Shown: one piece after another, positions 16,510 through 25,952 of the stretch
Position numbering within the stretch: position 1 is the first letter of the stretch
How the letters are laid out: the number at the start of each line of letters is the position of its first letter
Made by a program: the position numbers and the translations under genes
The notes under the pieces: generated by a model
What the model was told of the DNA's origin: nothing
What the model saw: the letters and a program-made list of their open reading frames with translations, nothing else
Databases searched by the model: none
Assembly: GCA_965224465.1 (NCBI GenBank)
Contig: OZ245049.1
Coordinates: 4,380,001-4,412,000, forward strand
Direction: 5' to 3'
Origin: Flavobacteriaceae bacterium
GTDB lineage: Bacteria; Bacteroidota; Bacteroidia; Flavobacteriales; Flavobacteriaceae
DNA length: 32,000 nt

Positions 16510-17412
16510 CTACATAATATAAAAAGTATCCGTAGTTAATGGTTCTGGAACATCAGGATCATTAATCAACTGTTTTAAGTTGATTTCTAGAGTTGTAGAA
16601 ATTGCAGTAGATGAGGTGTCTGTAGGTTTGTTTTCAAAGGGATCCTGCATGTCAAAAGCTATTTTTTCCAACAGGAAGAAGGGAATAGAAATACAAACAA
16701 TTAGAGGTGTATATACAAGAACATTACTATTGTCTAAGTAAAACGAAAAAGACAAAGACACTAAGAATAAATAGATAAATAAATGTAGTGTTAGTCTATA
16801 CGTTTTAGGGAAGTACGTGTTTTTAATGCGTTCTGCTTGTCCCATACACGTTCCCAAATTGGAGATGGTTTGATCTATTTGTATTTGTTGAAATTGATTG
16901 ATGACACCTTTTTTTAATAAAGACATTACACCTTTAGACTGTCTGTCTAGTATTGCTAGTGGGATGTTTAAGTGTTTTTGAACCTCTATAGATTCCTCTT
17001 TGTCAAGAAAATGCGCATGGTGTTTTAGAGGGTCTTGGTTTCTTAAAGACCTACTTAAAGCGTAATTCCATGCTATTTGGCGGTAGGTGATTTTAGAAAG
17101 TTCAGGGCTTATAGTCTCGGAGTCTTTGCTGTAGTTTTTTATTTGAATTATTAAGGAGCGTGTCTGAATTAAGATGGTTCCCCATATTTTACGTGCTTCC
17201 CACCATCGGTCGTAAGACTGACTCAGTTTAAAAGAGAGTAATAAGGAGATAGAAGTACCTAGAAGACCACTAAATGTAAGAGGTAATTTGAATATAATAT
17301 GACCGTAACTTGTTAGGAAATATATAAATATGGATAAAAAGGTACTGATAAGTAAGTCCCATTTTATTTTGTGAAAGAAATATGAAATAGGGATTCTGCT
17401 ATTGACTATCAT
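16510..17412 (-). CDS. Bestrophin-like (UPF0187/YneE family) ion channel
   Basis: Conserved SYDRWWEARKIWG motif and 4 hydrophobic helices. I prefer the internal Met (MIVNSRIPISYFF, 300 aa) to the ORF-track start at 17487. Confidence 0.8.
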   Translation of the reverse strand: MIVNSRIPISYFFHKIKWDLLISTFLSIFIYFLTSYGHIIFKLPLTFSGLLGTSISLLLSFKLSQSYDRWWEARKIWGTILIQTRSLIIQIKNYSKDSETISPELSKITYRQIAWNYALSRSLRNQDPLKHHAHFLDKEESIEVQKHLNIPLAILDRQSKGVMSLLKKGVINQFQQIQIDQTISNLGTCMGQAERIKNTYFPKTYRLTLHLFIYLFLVSLSFSFYLDNSNVLVYTPLIVCISIPFFLLEKIAFDMQDPFENKPTDTSSTAISTTLEINLKQLINDPDVPEPLTTDTFYIM

Positions 17413-17598
17413 AAGAAGGTTTCTGTGGGTATAGATGCTATCGGAGCATGCTATGATTGTTTTTTTAGTGAAGCGGTAAAAGTACAAACTATCTTGACTG
17501 TGTGCAATTTGTTGGTGGGTTTTTATACATGTATTTGTTGACGTTCAGTTTTTGAAAAAAAGGTGTATATTATTTTGTGTGGTAATTGTTTTTTGCTA

Positions 17599-18722
17599 CT
17601 TAAATTCAACTAATAAACGCAACTTTTCGATTTGATTCTATGATGGTTATATTTTCAAAACAGAAAAGTAGGAAAACCTACCTTTCTTGTCTTGATGGAT
17701 ATGTATCTTACGGTCTCAAATCTCGAAAAAAGAAGTTGTATGAAACACATCACCCAAGCGCAAAGATACACAATTTGTTGCATGTTAAAACAAGGTTATA
17801 AACAGGTTGAGATAGCAGCTGCTATAGGAAAAGACAAGTCTGTTATTAGCAAAGAGATTAAGCGTAATTCAGACAAAAGAAATGGAGTTTACAAGCATGA
17901 ATTAGCCCAAAAAAAGTATGCTAAACGTCATAAAGAAAAGCCTAAAAGAAAACGCTTTACAGAAGATATTCAACAAGCAATAGAGTTGTTATTGCGAGAC
18001 GATTATAGTCCTGAGCAAGTAGTTGGTGTCCTAAAAAAACAAGGTAAAGAAACGGTGTCTATTGAGCGTATATATCAGCATATTAGGGAAGACAAGAGGA
18101 ATGATGGTGATTTACATACACACCTTCGCAGACAGGGAAGGAGATATAGAAAACGTGGCTCATCAAAGGATTCTAGAGGGGTTATAAAGAATCGTATTAG
18201 TATAGAACAACGCCCTGAAGTTGTTGAACAAAGAAATCGATTTGGAGATTTAGAGGTCGATTTAATCATAGGTAAAAACCATAATCAAGCCATACTTACC
18301 GTAAATGATAGAGCTTCTGGAATGCTTAAAATGAAAAAAGTAAGCTCTAAAGAAGCAGTTGTTGTCACTAAAGCTATCAATGAAATATTAGAAGACTGGA
18401 AGCCTTATCTACATACTATAACAGCTGATAATGGAAAAGAATTTGCAGGCCATGAGCAGGTTGCAGAAAATTTATGTATTGATTACTTTTTTGCGCATCC
18501 ATATCACTCTTGGGAAAGAGGATCTAACGAAAATTTAAATGGTTTGATTAGACAATATTTTGCCAAAGGAAGTGACTTTACAAACCTAACAGATCAAAGA
18601 ATCAAAGAGGTAGAAACAAAATTAAATAACAGACCTAGGAAGAGACATAAATATCAAAACCCTATATTTGTAATGGAACAATTATTATTTAACTAAAAGT
18701 TGCGTTTGTGACTTGAATTCAG
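17599..18722 (+). mobile_element. IS30 family insertion sequence (about 1.12 kb)
   Basis: Terminal inverted repeats taaattcaactaataaacgcaactttt (17601-17627) and aaaagttgcgtttgtgacttgaattca (18695-18721) are about 27 bp and imperfect. They enclose a single DDE transposase gene. I could not identify a target duplication. Confidence 0.8.
17740..18696 (+). CDS. IS30 family transposase
   Basis: N-terminal HTH (ITQAQRYTICCMLKQGYKQVEIAAAIGKDKSVISKEIKRN). DDE core DLEVDLI ... ITADNGKEF ... SWERGSNENLNGLIRQYF. The likely start is the ATG at 17740 rather than the TTG at 17692. Confidence 0.9.
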   Translation: MKHITQAQRYTICCMLKQGYKQVEIAAAIGKDKSVISKEIKRNSDKRNGVYKHELAQKKYAKRHKEKPKRKRFTEDIQQAIELLLRDDYSPEQVVGVLKKQGKETVSIERIYQHIREDKRNDGDLHTHLRRQGRRYRKRGSSKDSRGVIKNRISIEQRPEVVEQRNRFGDLEVDLIIGKNHNQAILTVNDRASGMLKMKKVSSKEAVVVTKAINEILEDWKPYLHTITADNGKEFAGHEQVAENLCIDYFFAHPYHSWERGSNENLNGLIRQYFAKGSDFTNLTDQRIKEVETKLNNRPRKRHKYQNPIFVMEQLLFN

Positions 18723-18780
18723 CCTAGGTTAGTGTAATACCAATTGAATTTCCAAGTGACGGTTTAGATGTATTCGTATA
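18723..18780 (+). repeat. Interspersed intergenic repeat, 5' module only, abutting the IS30 right end
   Basis: cctaggttagtgtaataccaattgaatttccaagtgacggtttagatgtattcgtata is homologous to 11-70 and to the 5' halves of the full copies. Confidence 0.7.
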
Positions 18781-19171
18781 AGCCTCCAAAACACCTCAAA
18801 AGAGACATTTTTTAGAGATTCTTATATTTACAATAAATCAGTTTTTTTTTAACCGTAAAATTTCATCTTTTTGTTAAAACCACTGTTTTAAAGCTTAATA
18901 AATGTTAATTTATTTAATTATTAACATTTTTTATGATGTCTTACTGAGAATGTGAAAAATATTAATTTTCCGATTTGAAAGAAATAGTCCTTAATGTCGT
19001 GTTTCTAAACATATAGCTACGTATTTGAGTTTAAATACAAAGCGAAAGAGGTGGCTTTTAGCAGGTTTTTATTTCCTCTTTTTATTTGTTTATGAGACTA
19101 TTTTTTTAGGCTGTTCTATCATATGTTTCTATATTTATTTCAGTTTAATTAAATAATTTAAATAAATTGTT

Positions 19172-22100
19172 ATGAAAAAGAATTATACAACAGTACTAAC
19201 AATTGTGTTATGTGCTGTTTTGATTTTGTTTGTTTCACCTGTTGAGGCTCAAAATCACGAAAAACACTACGAGTGTAGTAGGCAGCAAGTTAGGGAGCTT
19301 GTTGGGAGTGTGGATCCAGGTTATTTACCTGCAAATGAATTTCTTAGTTATAGTAAAAGCGGCTCTAAATCGAAAAGTCAAGCGATGCGGTTTTCTGATT
19401 GGTATGGTGTCAATGGTAATGCCTTGGTCACTAAATTAAAAAAAAGTACCGATTACAGTACAGAACTAAAGTCATTATTCGACTTCGATGAATCATACGG
19501 TAAGTATATCTTCTCGAGTAGGAATGTAGAAAGTGTTGCTAGGGCAATGTACTACATTTCTATCTCACATAACGGGGACTATACGAGTGGTATGTACGGT
19601 CTTGTATTTTACTTACACGCTGCTACATATCATGAATTTTATGAAAAATCGATTCATATAGATGATAATGCTATGACGTGGTATGAATATGCATGTTTAT
19701 CCTTTACTCAAAATGCTAAATTGTACGATCTAAAGCCAGAAGCATTGAATATCTTAAGTGAGTTTCTCATCATGGTAGATAATGATAAAATTAGACATAA
19801 GCCAGTAGTTGTTGATATGATTAAAAAAGTCATGTCTAATTTAGTACAAGTAAAAAATTGGAAAAGTTTAGTCAAAAAACCGAAAGTATTGAGAACATAT
19901 TCTGTAATGGCAAACAGAATCTTCTTTTATATGTTTAGAGGTATTGGTAAAGAGGAATTAAAGAAAGGGGAAAAGAAAAGGAAATCAAAAGAACTAGTTA
20001 ATGTTATAGCAAAGGACCCTAATTTTATTAATCTTGTTTCACAAATAGCCCTTGATAAAGAGATAGGTGAAAACAAGAAATTGAAATTCCTTCAAAATAA
20101 TGCCATAGGAGAATTAGTGAGAGCTGCTTCTGAAAAGAAATTAGTTCCATTGTTAGAAAAACATCTTGTAGCTATTTCTAGAAAATACAAACGCTTAGAT
20201 GTAAGAAGGTTAAAGTGTGTAGAGGCTCTTAATAAATATTGTAATTGCGCTAAATATGATTTGTGTAGAGATATGACTGCTTTAAGAAAAGAGTTAGATG
20301 ATAAATTATTCACCCATATATGGTCGTTCGACAATGGTAAAATGTTAATAAAAACCCCTCTTAGCTACCAGGAAGTTGAACCATTGTACTATGCAGCCAA
20401 GGAGGTGGAAGCACAAATGTACAGAATACTTCAAACAGATAAATCGGTACTTGATGACAAGAACGTAACCCTAAATATGGTTGTTTATGGTACATTATCT
20501 GACTATAGCGAATATCAAACTTTTCTTAATAATTTATCTTCCGACAATGGAGGTATGTATATCGAAAAAGATGCAACATTTTATACATACCAACGTACAG
20601 AGCAAGAGAGTGTATATTCTCTCGAGGAGCTATTTCGTCATGAGTATACCCATTATTTACAAGGGAGATATATAGAGAACGGTTTTTGGGGGGATACAGA
20701 TTTTTTTAAAAAAGCGAGACTTACTTGGTTCGAGGAAGGAATGGCTGAATTTATGGCAGGGAGTACCTCTTCAGATGGTATACGTTTTAGACGTAGTATG
20801 ATGAATAATATAAAAAGAGATGGAGCAAATAGAATGCCTGTAAGCGAAACTATCGGAGCAAATTATTCTAGTGGATTCAAGTTTTACAGATATTCATATA
20901 TGATTTGGTTATACTTATATCATAACCAATATCAGGACATGAAAATATTAATGGATCTAATTAAAAAGGATGATATTAGTGCTTTCGATAGAAAAGTTAA
21001 CACTTTAAAAAACTCTTCTGCTTTTCAACGCAATGTAGATACGTTTATAACCAATTCCATTGCTAAAACAGAGGATTGGTGGGTTCCTACCACAGCATAT
21101 CTTTCGCATGATTTGTTAAATGTAAAATCACTTAAAGATATAGCAACTGAATTTAAGAGAATTACAGGGATAAAAAATATTTCTGTTGTTTCGGATGCGA
21201 GTACATCTATTGCAAGATTTGGGATAAAAGGGAAGCTTACAAGCGGTAGATTCAATCAAGAGTTAGATCAGATCATAAAAAAATTAAATGAAGATAAGTA
21301 TATAAACAACTTTGATTTTTTAGTGGGGTATTATAAGAATGTAAATCGGAATACTGCCGATTTTTATATCACAGGGTCTCTAAAAGATAAAAACTCTAGT
21401 GATACTGCAGTATGTGATTTCGAAATAAGTTCACGCGTAGGTATTATAGGGAAAGAGATTGTTGTGACAAGTACATCAACAGGATACATTAATGCTTATC
21501 TATGGGTAGCTCAAGGAGGATACGTACTATCAGAAAAAAACAATACCACAAAAATAAGATTTGATAAAGCAGGAACATATAATATTAGCTTAGAAATAAA
21601 AGATAATAATTCGAGAAAATATAGTAAAACAATAACGAATGCAATAGAGATTTTTGATAAATCAAATACCAAATATTGTATACCAAAAACGAGTGATAGT
21701 TATGCACATATAAAATCGGTTAAATTTGCAGAAATAGAGAATAAAAATGATATGTTTAATACAGATGGTTATATTCATTTTTCTGATCAATTAGGAGTTC
21801 TCGAAAAAGGTAAAAGCAATAATCTTATTGTAGACAATTCTTACAAGATGAAAAGTTCAAGAACTAAAGCGTGGATAGATTGGAATCAAGATGGTACTTT
21901 TGATGCTTCAGAAAAAGTGATGGACAAATCAGGAAAACTTGTTCCTCAGGTGGTTGTAACAACACCGATGGACGCAATAACAGGGGTTACTCGTATGCGT
22001 ATAAGATATATGTTGAGTAAAAATTTAGATCCATGTAAGGATAATTCCTATATAGGAGAAACACATGATTATACACTTATAGTGAAGGGTAGTAGCCTCT

Positions 22101-22453
22101 ATAAAGATGCACTTTCTGCTTCAGTAGCCTCTAATATAAGTAGTAATTCAGCACATTTAAACAGGACAGCCGGTACCGATAATACCAGTGTGAGTAATTA
22201 TCTTGATTATTCTAAAGACGTAAGTTTTAAGGCGTATCCTAATCCTTGTGTAGATAATATAATTCTTGAAATGTCAAAAGAGTATGTTGATGCTGACATC
22301 TCGATACTTAACTCTTTAGGGATGATAGTATTTAAGACAAAGATAAAAGGTCTTAATGCAGTACTTAATATGAGTAGTTTCCCTAGAGGGGTGTATGTTA
22401 TCTCAATAAAAAGTGGTGCTAATATGACAAGTAAACATGTAGTTAAAAAATAA
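19172..22453 (+). CDS. Secreted M9 family collagenase with PKD-like, GEVED and T9SS C-terminal sorting domains
   Basis: 1093 aa. Signal peptide. Zinc site ELFRHEYTHYLQGRY (H490-E-Y-T-H494) and WFEEGMAEFMAG (E522), as in clostridial/Vibrio M9 collagenases. PKD-like segment around VCDFEISS...AGTYNISLEIKD. GEVED-like WIDWNQDGTFD...GETHDYTLIV. C-terminal KAYPNPCVDNIILE...GVYVISIKSG is a T9SS CTD. Confidence 0.9.
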   Translation: MKKNYTTVLTIVLCAVLILFVSPVEAQNHEKHYECSRQQVRELVGSVDPGYLPANEFLSYSKSGSKSKSQAMRFSDWYGVNGNALVTKLKKSTDYSTELKSLFDFDESYGKYIFSSRNVESVARAMYYISISHNGDYTSGMYGLVFYLHAATYHEFYEKSIHIDDNAMTWYEYACLSFTQNAKLYDLKPEALNILSEFLIMVDNDKIRHKPVVVDMIKKVMSNLVQVKNWKSLVKKPKVLRTYSVMANRIFFYMFRGIGKEELKKGEKKRKSKELVNVIAKDPNFINLVSQIALDKEIGENKKLKFLQNNAIGELVRAASEKKLVPLLEKHLVAISRKYKRLDVRRLKCVEALNKYCNCAKYDLCRDMTALRKELDDKLFTHIWSFDNGKMLIKTPLSYQEVEPLYYAAKEVEAQMYRILQTDKSVLDDKNVTLNMVVYGTLSDYSEYQTFLNNLSSDNGGMYIEKDATFYTYQRTEQESVYSLEELFRHEYTHYLQGRYIENGFWGDTDFFKKARLTWFEEGMAEFMAGSTSSDGIRFRRSMMNNIKRDGANRMPVSETIGANYSSGFKFYRYSYMIWLYLYHNQYQDMKILMDLIKKDDISAFDRKVNTLKNSSAFQRNVDTFITNSIAKTEDWWVPTTAYLSHDLLNVKSLKDIATEFKRITGIKNISVVSDASTSIARFGIKGKLTSGRFNQELDQIIKKLNEDKYINNFDFLVGYYKNVNRNTADFYITGSLKDKNSSDTAVCDFEISSRVGIIGKEIVVTSTSTGYINAYLWVAQGGYVLSEKNNTTKIRFDKAGTYNISLEIKDNNSRKYSKTITNAIEIFDKSNTKYCIPKTSDSYAHIKSVKFAEIENKNDMFNTDGYIHFSDQLGVLEKGKSNNLIVDNSYKMKSSRTKAWIDWNQDGTFDASEKVMDKSGKLVPQVVVTTPMDAITGVTRMRIRYMLSKNLDPCKDNSYIGETHDYTLIVKGSSLYKDALSASVASNISSNSAHLNRTAGTDNTSVSNYLDYSKDVSFKAYPNPCVDNIILEMSKEYVDADISILNSLGMIVFKTKIKGLNAVLNMSSFPRGVYVISIKSGANMTSKHVVKK

Positions 22454-22493
22454 ACTATTTATATCGGTTATTTTGGATTGTAATGGTGTTATA
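22447..22493 (+). repeat. Interspersed intergenic repeat, 3' module only
   Basis: aaaataaactatttatatcggttattttggattgtaatggtgttata matches the 3' halves of the copies at 13337, 16441 and 27596. It overlaps the collagenase stop codon (taa, 22451-22453). Confidence 0.7.
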
Positions 22494-22526
22494 CCTGGAG
22501 ACTCTTATGTCTATTCCGAATTAATA

Positions 22527-22554
22527 TCTAAATCACTGGGTGTAAATTGAATTG
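22527..22554 (-). repeat. Short inverted fragment of the repeat 5' module
   Basis: The reverse complement caattcaatttacacccagtgatttaga resembles caattgaatttccaagtgacggtttaga at 18741-18768. Confidence 0.4.
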
Positions 22555-22566
22555 TTTTTTATGTTG

Positions 22567-22615
22567 ACCAAAATTATAAGGATAGCAAAAGCTATTCTTA
22601 TAGTTTTGGTTTTTT
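22567..22615 (+). terminator. Strong rho-independent terminator of the collagenase gene
   Basis: 20-bp stem accaaaattataaggatagc (22567-22586) / gctattcttatagttttggt (22591-22610) with two G-U pairs, loop aaaa, then ttttt. Confidence 0.85.
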
Positions 22616-22890
22616 AGGTGCTATTACGAATGTTGTAGTTGTTTAGTTTTTGGATACGTGGTCTGGAGATGTTTTTCTTCAAGAAGAAGAAGAAGTTTTG
22701 GTGTTTAGATGATGTACTTATAAACAAGATTTACGGTTAAACGTGTCTTTTGACGATCAAATTATTATGAGAATTCTGCATATGCATAGCTTATTTTGGT
22801 GATTAACAGCAAAAAGATTGCAAATTTATAGGTATATTTTGCTATTCTTGTTATATTTAGCTCTTAATCAAACAAATTAACAGCAATATT

Positions 22891-25800
22891 ATGAAGAAAA
22901 ACTTATTTATTACAGTGGTTTTTTTACTCATAGGCTCTTTGACAACGTTGTATGCGCAACAAATCGATGTTAAAGGGACTGTGTCAGACGCTTCTGGAAA
23001 TACCTTACCAGGAGTAAATGTTATTGTAAAAGGACAAAAAAAAGGAACTGCCACTGATTTTGATGGTATGTACCAGATTTTGATTCAAAAGAAAGAAACG
23101 CTAGTGTTTTCTTATGTTGGGTTTAAAAGTAAAGAAGTACTCGTTACAAGTGTCGTTTTAGATGTGGTTCTAGAAGAGGACGCGAATCAATTGAACGAGG
23201 TTGTAGTGACAGCCTTAGGGATCAAAAGAGAAAAAAAATCACTTGGCTACGCAGTGCAAGCAGTCAAATCAAGTGAGTTGTTAGAAGGGAATAGTAATAG
23301 TCTGGTAAATGGTTTGCAAGGGAAAGTTTCTGGTGTGACTATTGTTAATTCTGGAGGTGCTCCAGGAGCCTCAGCAGTTATTATGATTAGAGGAGGTTCT
23401 TCTATTACAGGAAATAATCAACCGTTATTTGTGGTAGATGGAATTCCAATAGATAATTCTACTACGTCTAGTTTAGAGGTGTCTAGTTCTAACAGAGCTT
23501 CTGATATTAATCCAGAGGATATTGAAAGTATTTCGGTGTTAAAAGGGCCTGCAGCTGCAGCGTTGTACGGGATTCAAGCTGCCGAAGGTGCCATTATTAT
23601 TACTACAAAAAGAGGGAAGATTGGTGTTAGTACGGTCTCTTATTCTGGATCTATGTCTGTTAATAATGTACTTGGTACAGTTAAAGTACAAGATGTATAT
23701 GGTCATGGGAAACAAATTGTAGGTAAAGATAATACAACTATAGATCCTGAATCTCCTTTTTCTTGGGGAAATAAAATAACAGGAAAGACCTATAAAAACA
23801 TTGATAATTTTTTTAATTCAGCAATTTCTAAGAACCATACATTAAGTTATTCTGCAGGTTCTGAAAAGGCTACGGTATATTTTTCTTTTGGAGACGTGTC
23901 TCAAGAAGGAGTTATAAAAGGGACAAGTCATGATAAAACATCGTTTAAAATAAACGTAACCAGTGAGGTGACTAAGAAATTATCTTTGGGACTTTCTGCT
24001 AATTATATAAATGTTAAAACAGAAAGTACCAAGCAAGGGAATTCTTCTGGAAGTAGTTTTAGAAGTCTTTTAGCATATCCTTCGGATGTTAATATGGAGA
24101 ATTATATAAATTCAGACAATTCGCAAAGAGAATTTTATTTAGATCAGCAAGTAGACAATCCTTATTGGAGTATCGATAATAGTCCAAACACATCCGAGAT
24201 TAATAGATTGTTAGGTGTGATTAGTTTAAATTATAAAGTTTTTGAAGACTTACACCTTTCTTATAAATTAGGGATAGACAATTATACGGAGTTCAATAAA
24301 AGAATTACAGGGACAGGATCACTTCTCGAAAATAGAGAAGATGGATATATCAGTCAGTTTGAGAAAGATCATAAACGATTTAATTCAAATTTAGTAGTGA
24401 CTTATGACAAGGATATTTCTGAAGACTTTGGTGTCAGTACCATGGTGGGGAATTCTGTAGAGGAGGTAGATATTAGAACTACGTATTCTAGAGGAGATGG
24501 ATTTCAGGCACCTGGGATTTACAGTATTGGAAATGTAAAATCGGAAGATCAAAAAATTAGTGAGTTGATCAGAAGAAAACGTATTGTGGGTGTTTTTGGG
24601 GAAGTAAAATTTAATTGGAAGAATGCGTTATTTTTAACGGCTACAGGGCGAAATGACTGGTCGTCTACACTTCCTAAAGATAAACGTTCCTTCTTTTATC
24701 CATCTGTTGGATTGTCTGGTGTTGTAACAGATTTATTAAAAAAATCAGGAAATGATATTACCTCAGAAAAGGGGCTTACGTATTTAAAATTTAGAACTAC
24801 GTGGGCTAAAGTTGGGAAGGATGCACCTATTGGAGCCTTGGAAAGTTCTTTATCTACCAATATAAATTCATTGGCAAGTTCTGGCTACACCTGGAATGGA
24901 GTGAATGTTGGGAATCCTAATTTGGAGCCTGAATTCACAAACAGTTTTGAAGTAGGAATGGATGCACGATTTTTTGAAAACCGTGTAGGGTTTGATATAA
25001 CTTACTATACCAGTAAATCTGAAAATCAAATATTAAGAGATATTCGCGTACCTCCCACAACAGGTACTTTTTACGCTACATTAAACGGAGGGTCTATTAC
25101 AAATAAAGGAGTTGAGGCTTTATTAAAATTAAAAGTATTGCCGTTTTCTTCCAAGTTAAAATGGGATATTGACTTGAATTTTGGAATGAATAAGAGTACC
25201 GTGAATGATTTACCAGGGTTTTTAAATGAAGTTTATTTATCAGATTCTTGGACATTCAATGCTACTGCAGCAGGTGCGGCTATCTTAGATGGTTCTTTAT
25301 TTGGATTGAGAGGGAAGCAGCCTAAATTAAATGATAAAGGAGAAGTGGTTATCGAGGCAAGTGGCTTGTATACATTGGTAGATACTACTTACGAGAATGT
25401 AAGTAGAATGCCAGATTGGACGTTAGGTTTCTCTAATACCTTGGCTTATGAAAACTTTAGATTGTCATTTTTAGTAGACATAGTTCAAGGAATAGACGTA
25501 TATAATGCAACGGAATCTGCTTTGGTGTTTTATGGTTTAAGCGATAGGACTATTGGAAGGGGAGAAACAGTAATCTTGCCAGGGGTAGACGCAGATGGAG
25601 TAAAAAACACGGTTCCAATAACTAAGGATCAGGCTTTTTATCAGGATTTTTATTCAAAGAATTCTCAGAATTTCATCGAGGATGGATCCTTTGCAAGACT
25701 GAGGTATGTAACCCTGTCTTACAAGTTTCCAAAAACAGTTTTGAGTAAAATTCATTTAGAATCTCTTCAATTATTTGTTACAGCTAGAAACTTGGTAACG

Positions 25801-25938
25801 ATAACTGATTATAGCGGAGTAGATCCAGAGGTAAATACGTTTGGAGCAGGAATAGCTGGGGCAGGTTCTATGTCTATTGATAACTTAGGTACACCAAATA
25901 CTCAGGGTGTAGATTTAGGAATAAAAGTAAGATTTTAA
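22891..25938 (+). CDS. SusC/RagA family TonB-linked outer membrane protein
   Basis: 1015 aa. Signal peptide. CarboxypepD_reg-like N-terminus (IDVKGTVSDASGNTLPGVNVIVKG..GTATDFDGMY). Plug motifs EVVVTALGIKREKKSLGYAV and NPEDIESISVLKGPAAAALYG. Long beta-barrel ending in ..KVRF. Confidence 0.93.
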   Translation: MKKNLFITVVFLLIGSLTTLYAQQIDVKGTVSDASGNTLPGVNVIVKGQKKGTATDFDGMYQILIQKKETLVFSYVGFKSKEVLVTSVVLDVVLEEDANQLNEVVVTALGIKREKKSLGYAVQAVKSSELLEGNSNSLVNGLQGKVSGVTIVNSGGAPGASAVIMIRGGSSITGNNQPLFVVDGIPIDNSTTSSLEVSSSNRASDINPEDIESISVLKGPAAAALYGIQAAEGAIIITTKRGKIGVSTVSYSGSMSVNNVLGTVKVQDVYGHGKQIVGKDNTTIDPESPFSWGNKITGKTYKNIDNFFNSAISKNHTLSYSAGSEKATVYFSFGDVSQEGVIKGTSHDKTSFKINVTSEVTKKLSLGLSANYINVKTESTKQGNSSGSSFRSLLAYPSDVNMENYINSDNSQREFYLDQQVDNPYWSIDNSPNTSEINRLLGVISLNYKVFEDLHLSYKLGIDNYTEFNKRITGTGSLLENREDGYISQFEKDHKRFNSNLVVTYDKDISEDFGVSTMVGNSVEEVDIRTTYSRGDGFQAPGIYSIGNVKSEDQKISELIRRKRIVGVFGEVKFNWKNALFLTATGRNDWSSTLPKDKRSFFYPSVGLSGVVTDLLKKSGNDITSEKGLTYLKFRTTWAKVGKDAPIGALESSLSTNINSLASSGYTWNGVNVGNPNLEPEFTNSFEVGMDARFFENRVGFDITYYTSKSENQILRDIRVPPTTGTFYATLNGGSITNKGVEALLKLKVLPFSSKLKWDIDLNFGMNKSTVNDLPGFLNEVYLSDSWTFNATAAGAAILDGSLFGLRGKQPKLNDKGEVVIEASGLYTLVDTTYENVSRMPDWTLGFSNTLAYENFRLSFLVDIVQGIDVYNATESALVFYGLSDRTIGRGETVILPGVDADGVKNTVPITKDQAFYQDFYSKNSQNFIEDGSFARLRYVTLSYKFPKTVLSKIHLESLQLFVTARNLVTITDYSGVDPEVNTFGAGIAGAGSMSIDNLGTPNTQGVDLGIKVRF

Positions 25939-25952
25939 AAAATAATTAGATC

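Noticed and set aside
17413-17487. N-terminal 25-codon extension of the bestrophin-like ORF, and the TTG-initiated extension of the IS30 transposase ORF (17692-17739).
   Set aside because: The extensions add residues not typical of either family. Internal ATG starts give family-typical lengths of 300 aa and 318 aa.
18900-18935. Perfect 10-bp AT-only hairpin aaatgttaat-N10-attaacattt followed by T residues, upstream of the collagenase.
   Set aside because: The stem is entirely A/T, so its stability is low, and no upstream + strand gene needs a terminator there apart from the IS. Probably fortuitous.
22681-22695. (AAG)5 trinucleotide run, preceded by ttcttc so that it forms a small palindrome, about 200 bp upstream of susC. 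Considered as a phase-variation tract.
   Set aside because: Only five units, intergenic, and not positioned between recognisable promoter elements. Too short to argue for slipped-strand switching without population data.
22777-22786. Perfect 10-bp palindrome tgcatatgca about 105 bp upstream of the susC-like start. Considered as a regulator site.
   Set aside because: A single short AT-rich palindrome, with no cognate regulator gene in the locus. Cannot be distinguished from chance here.
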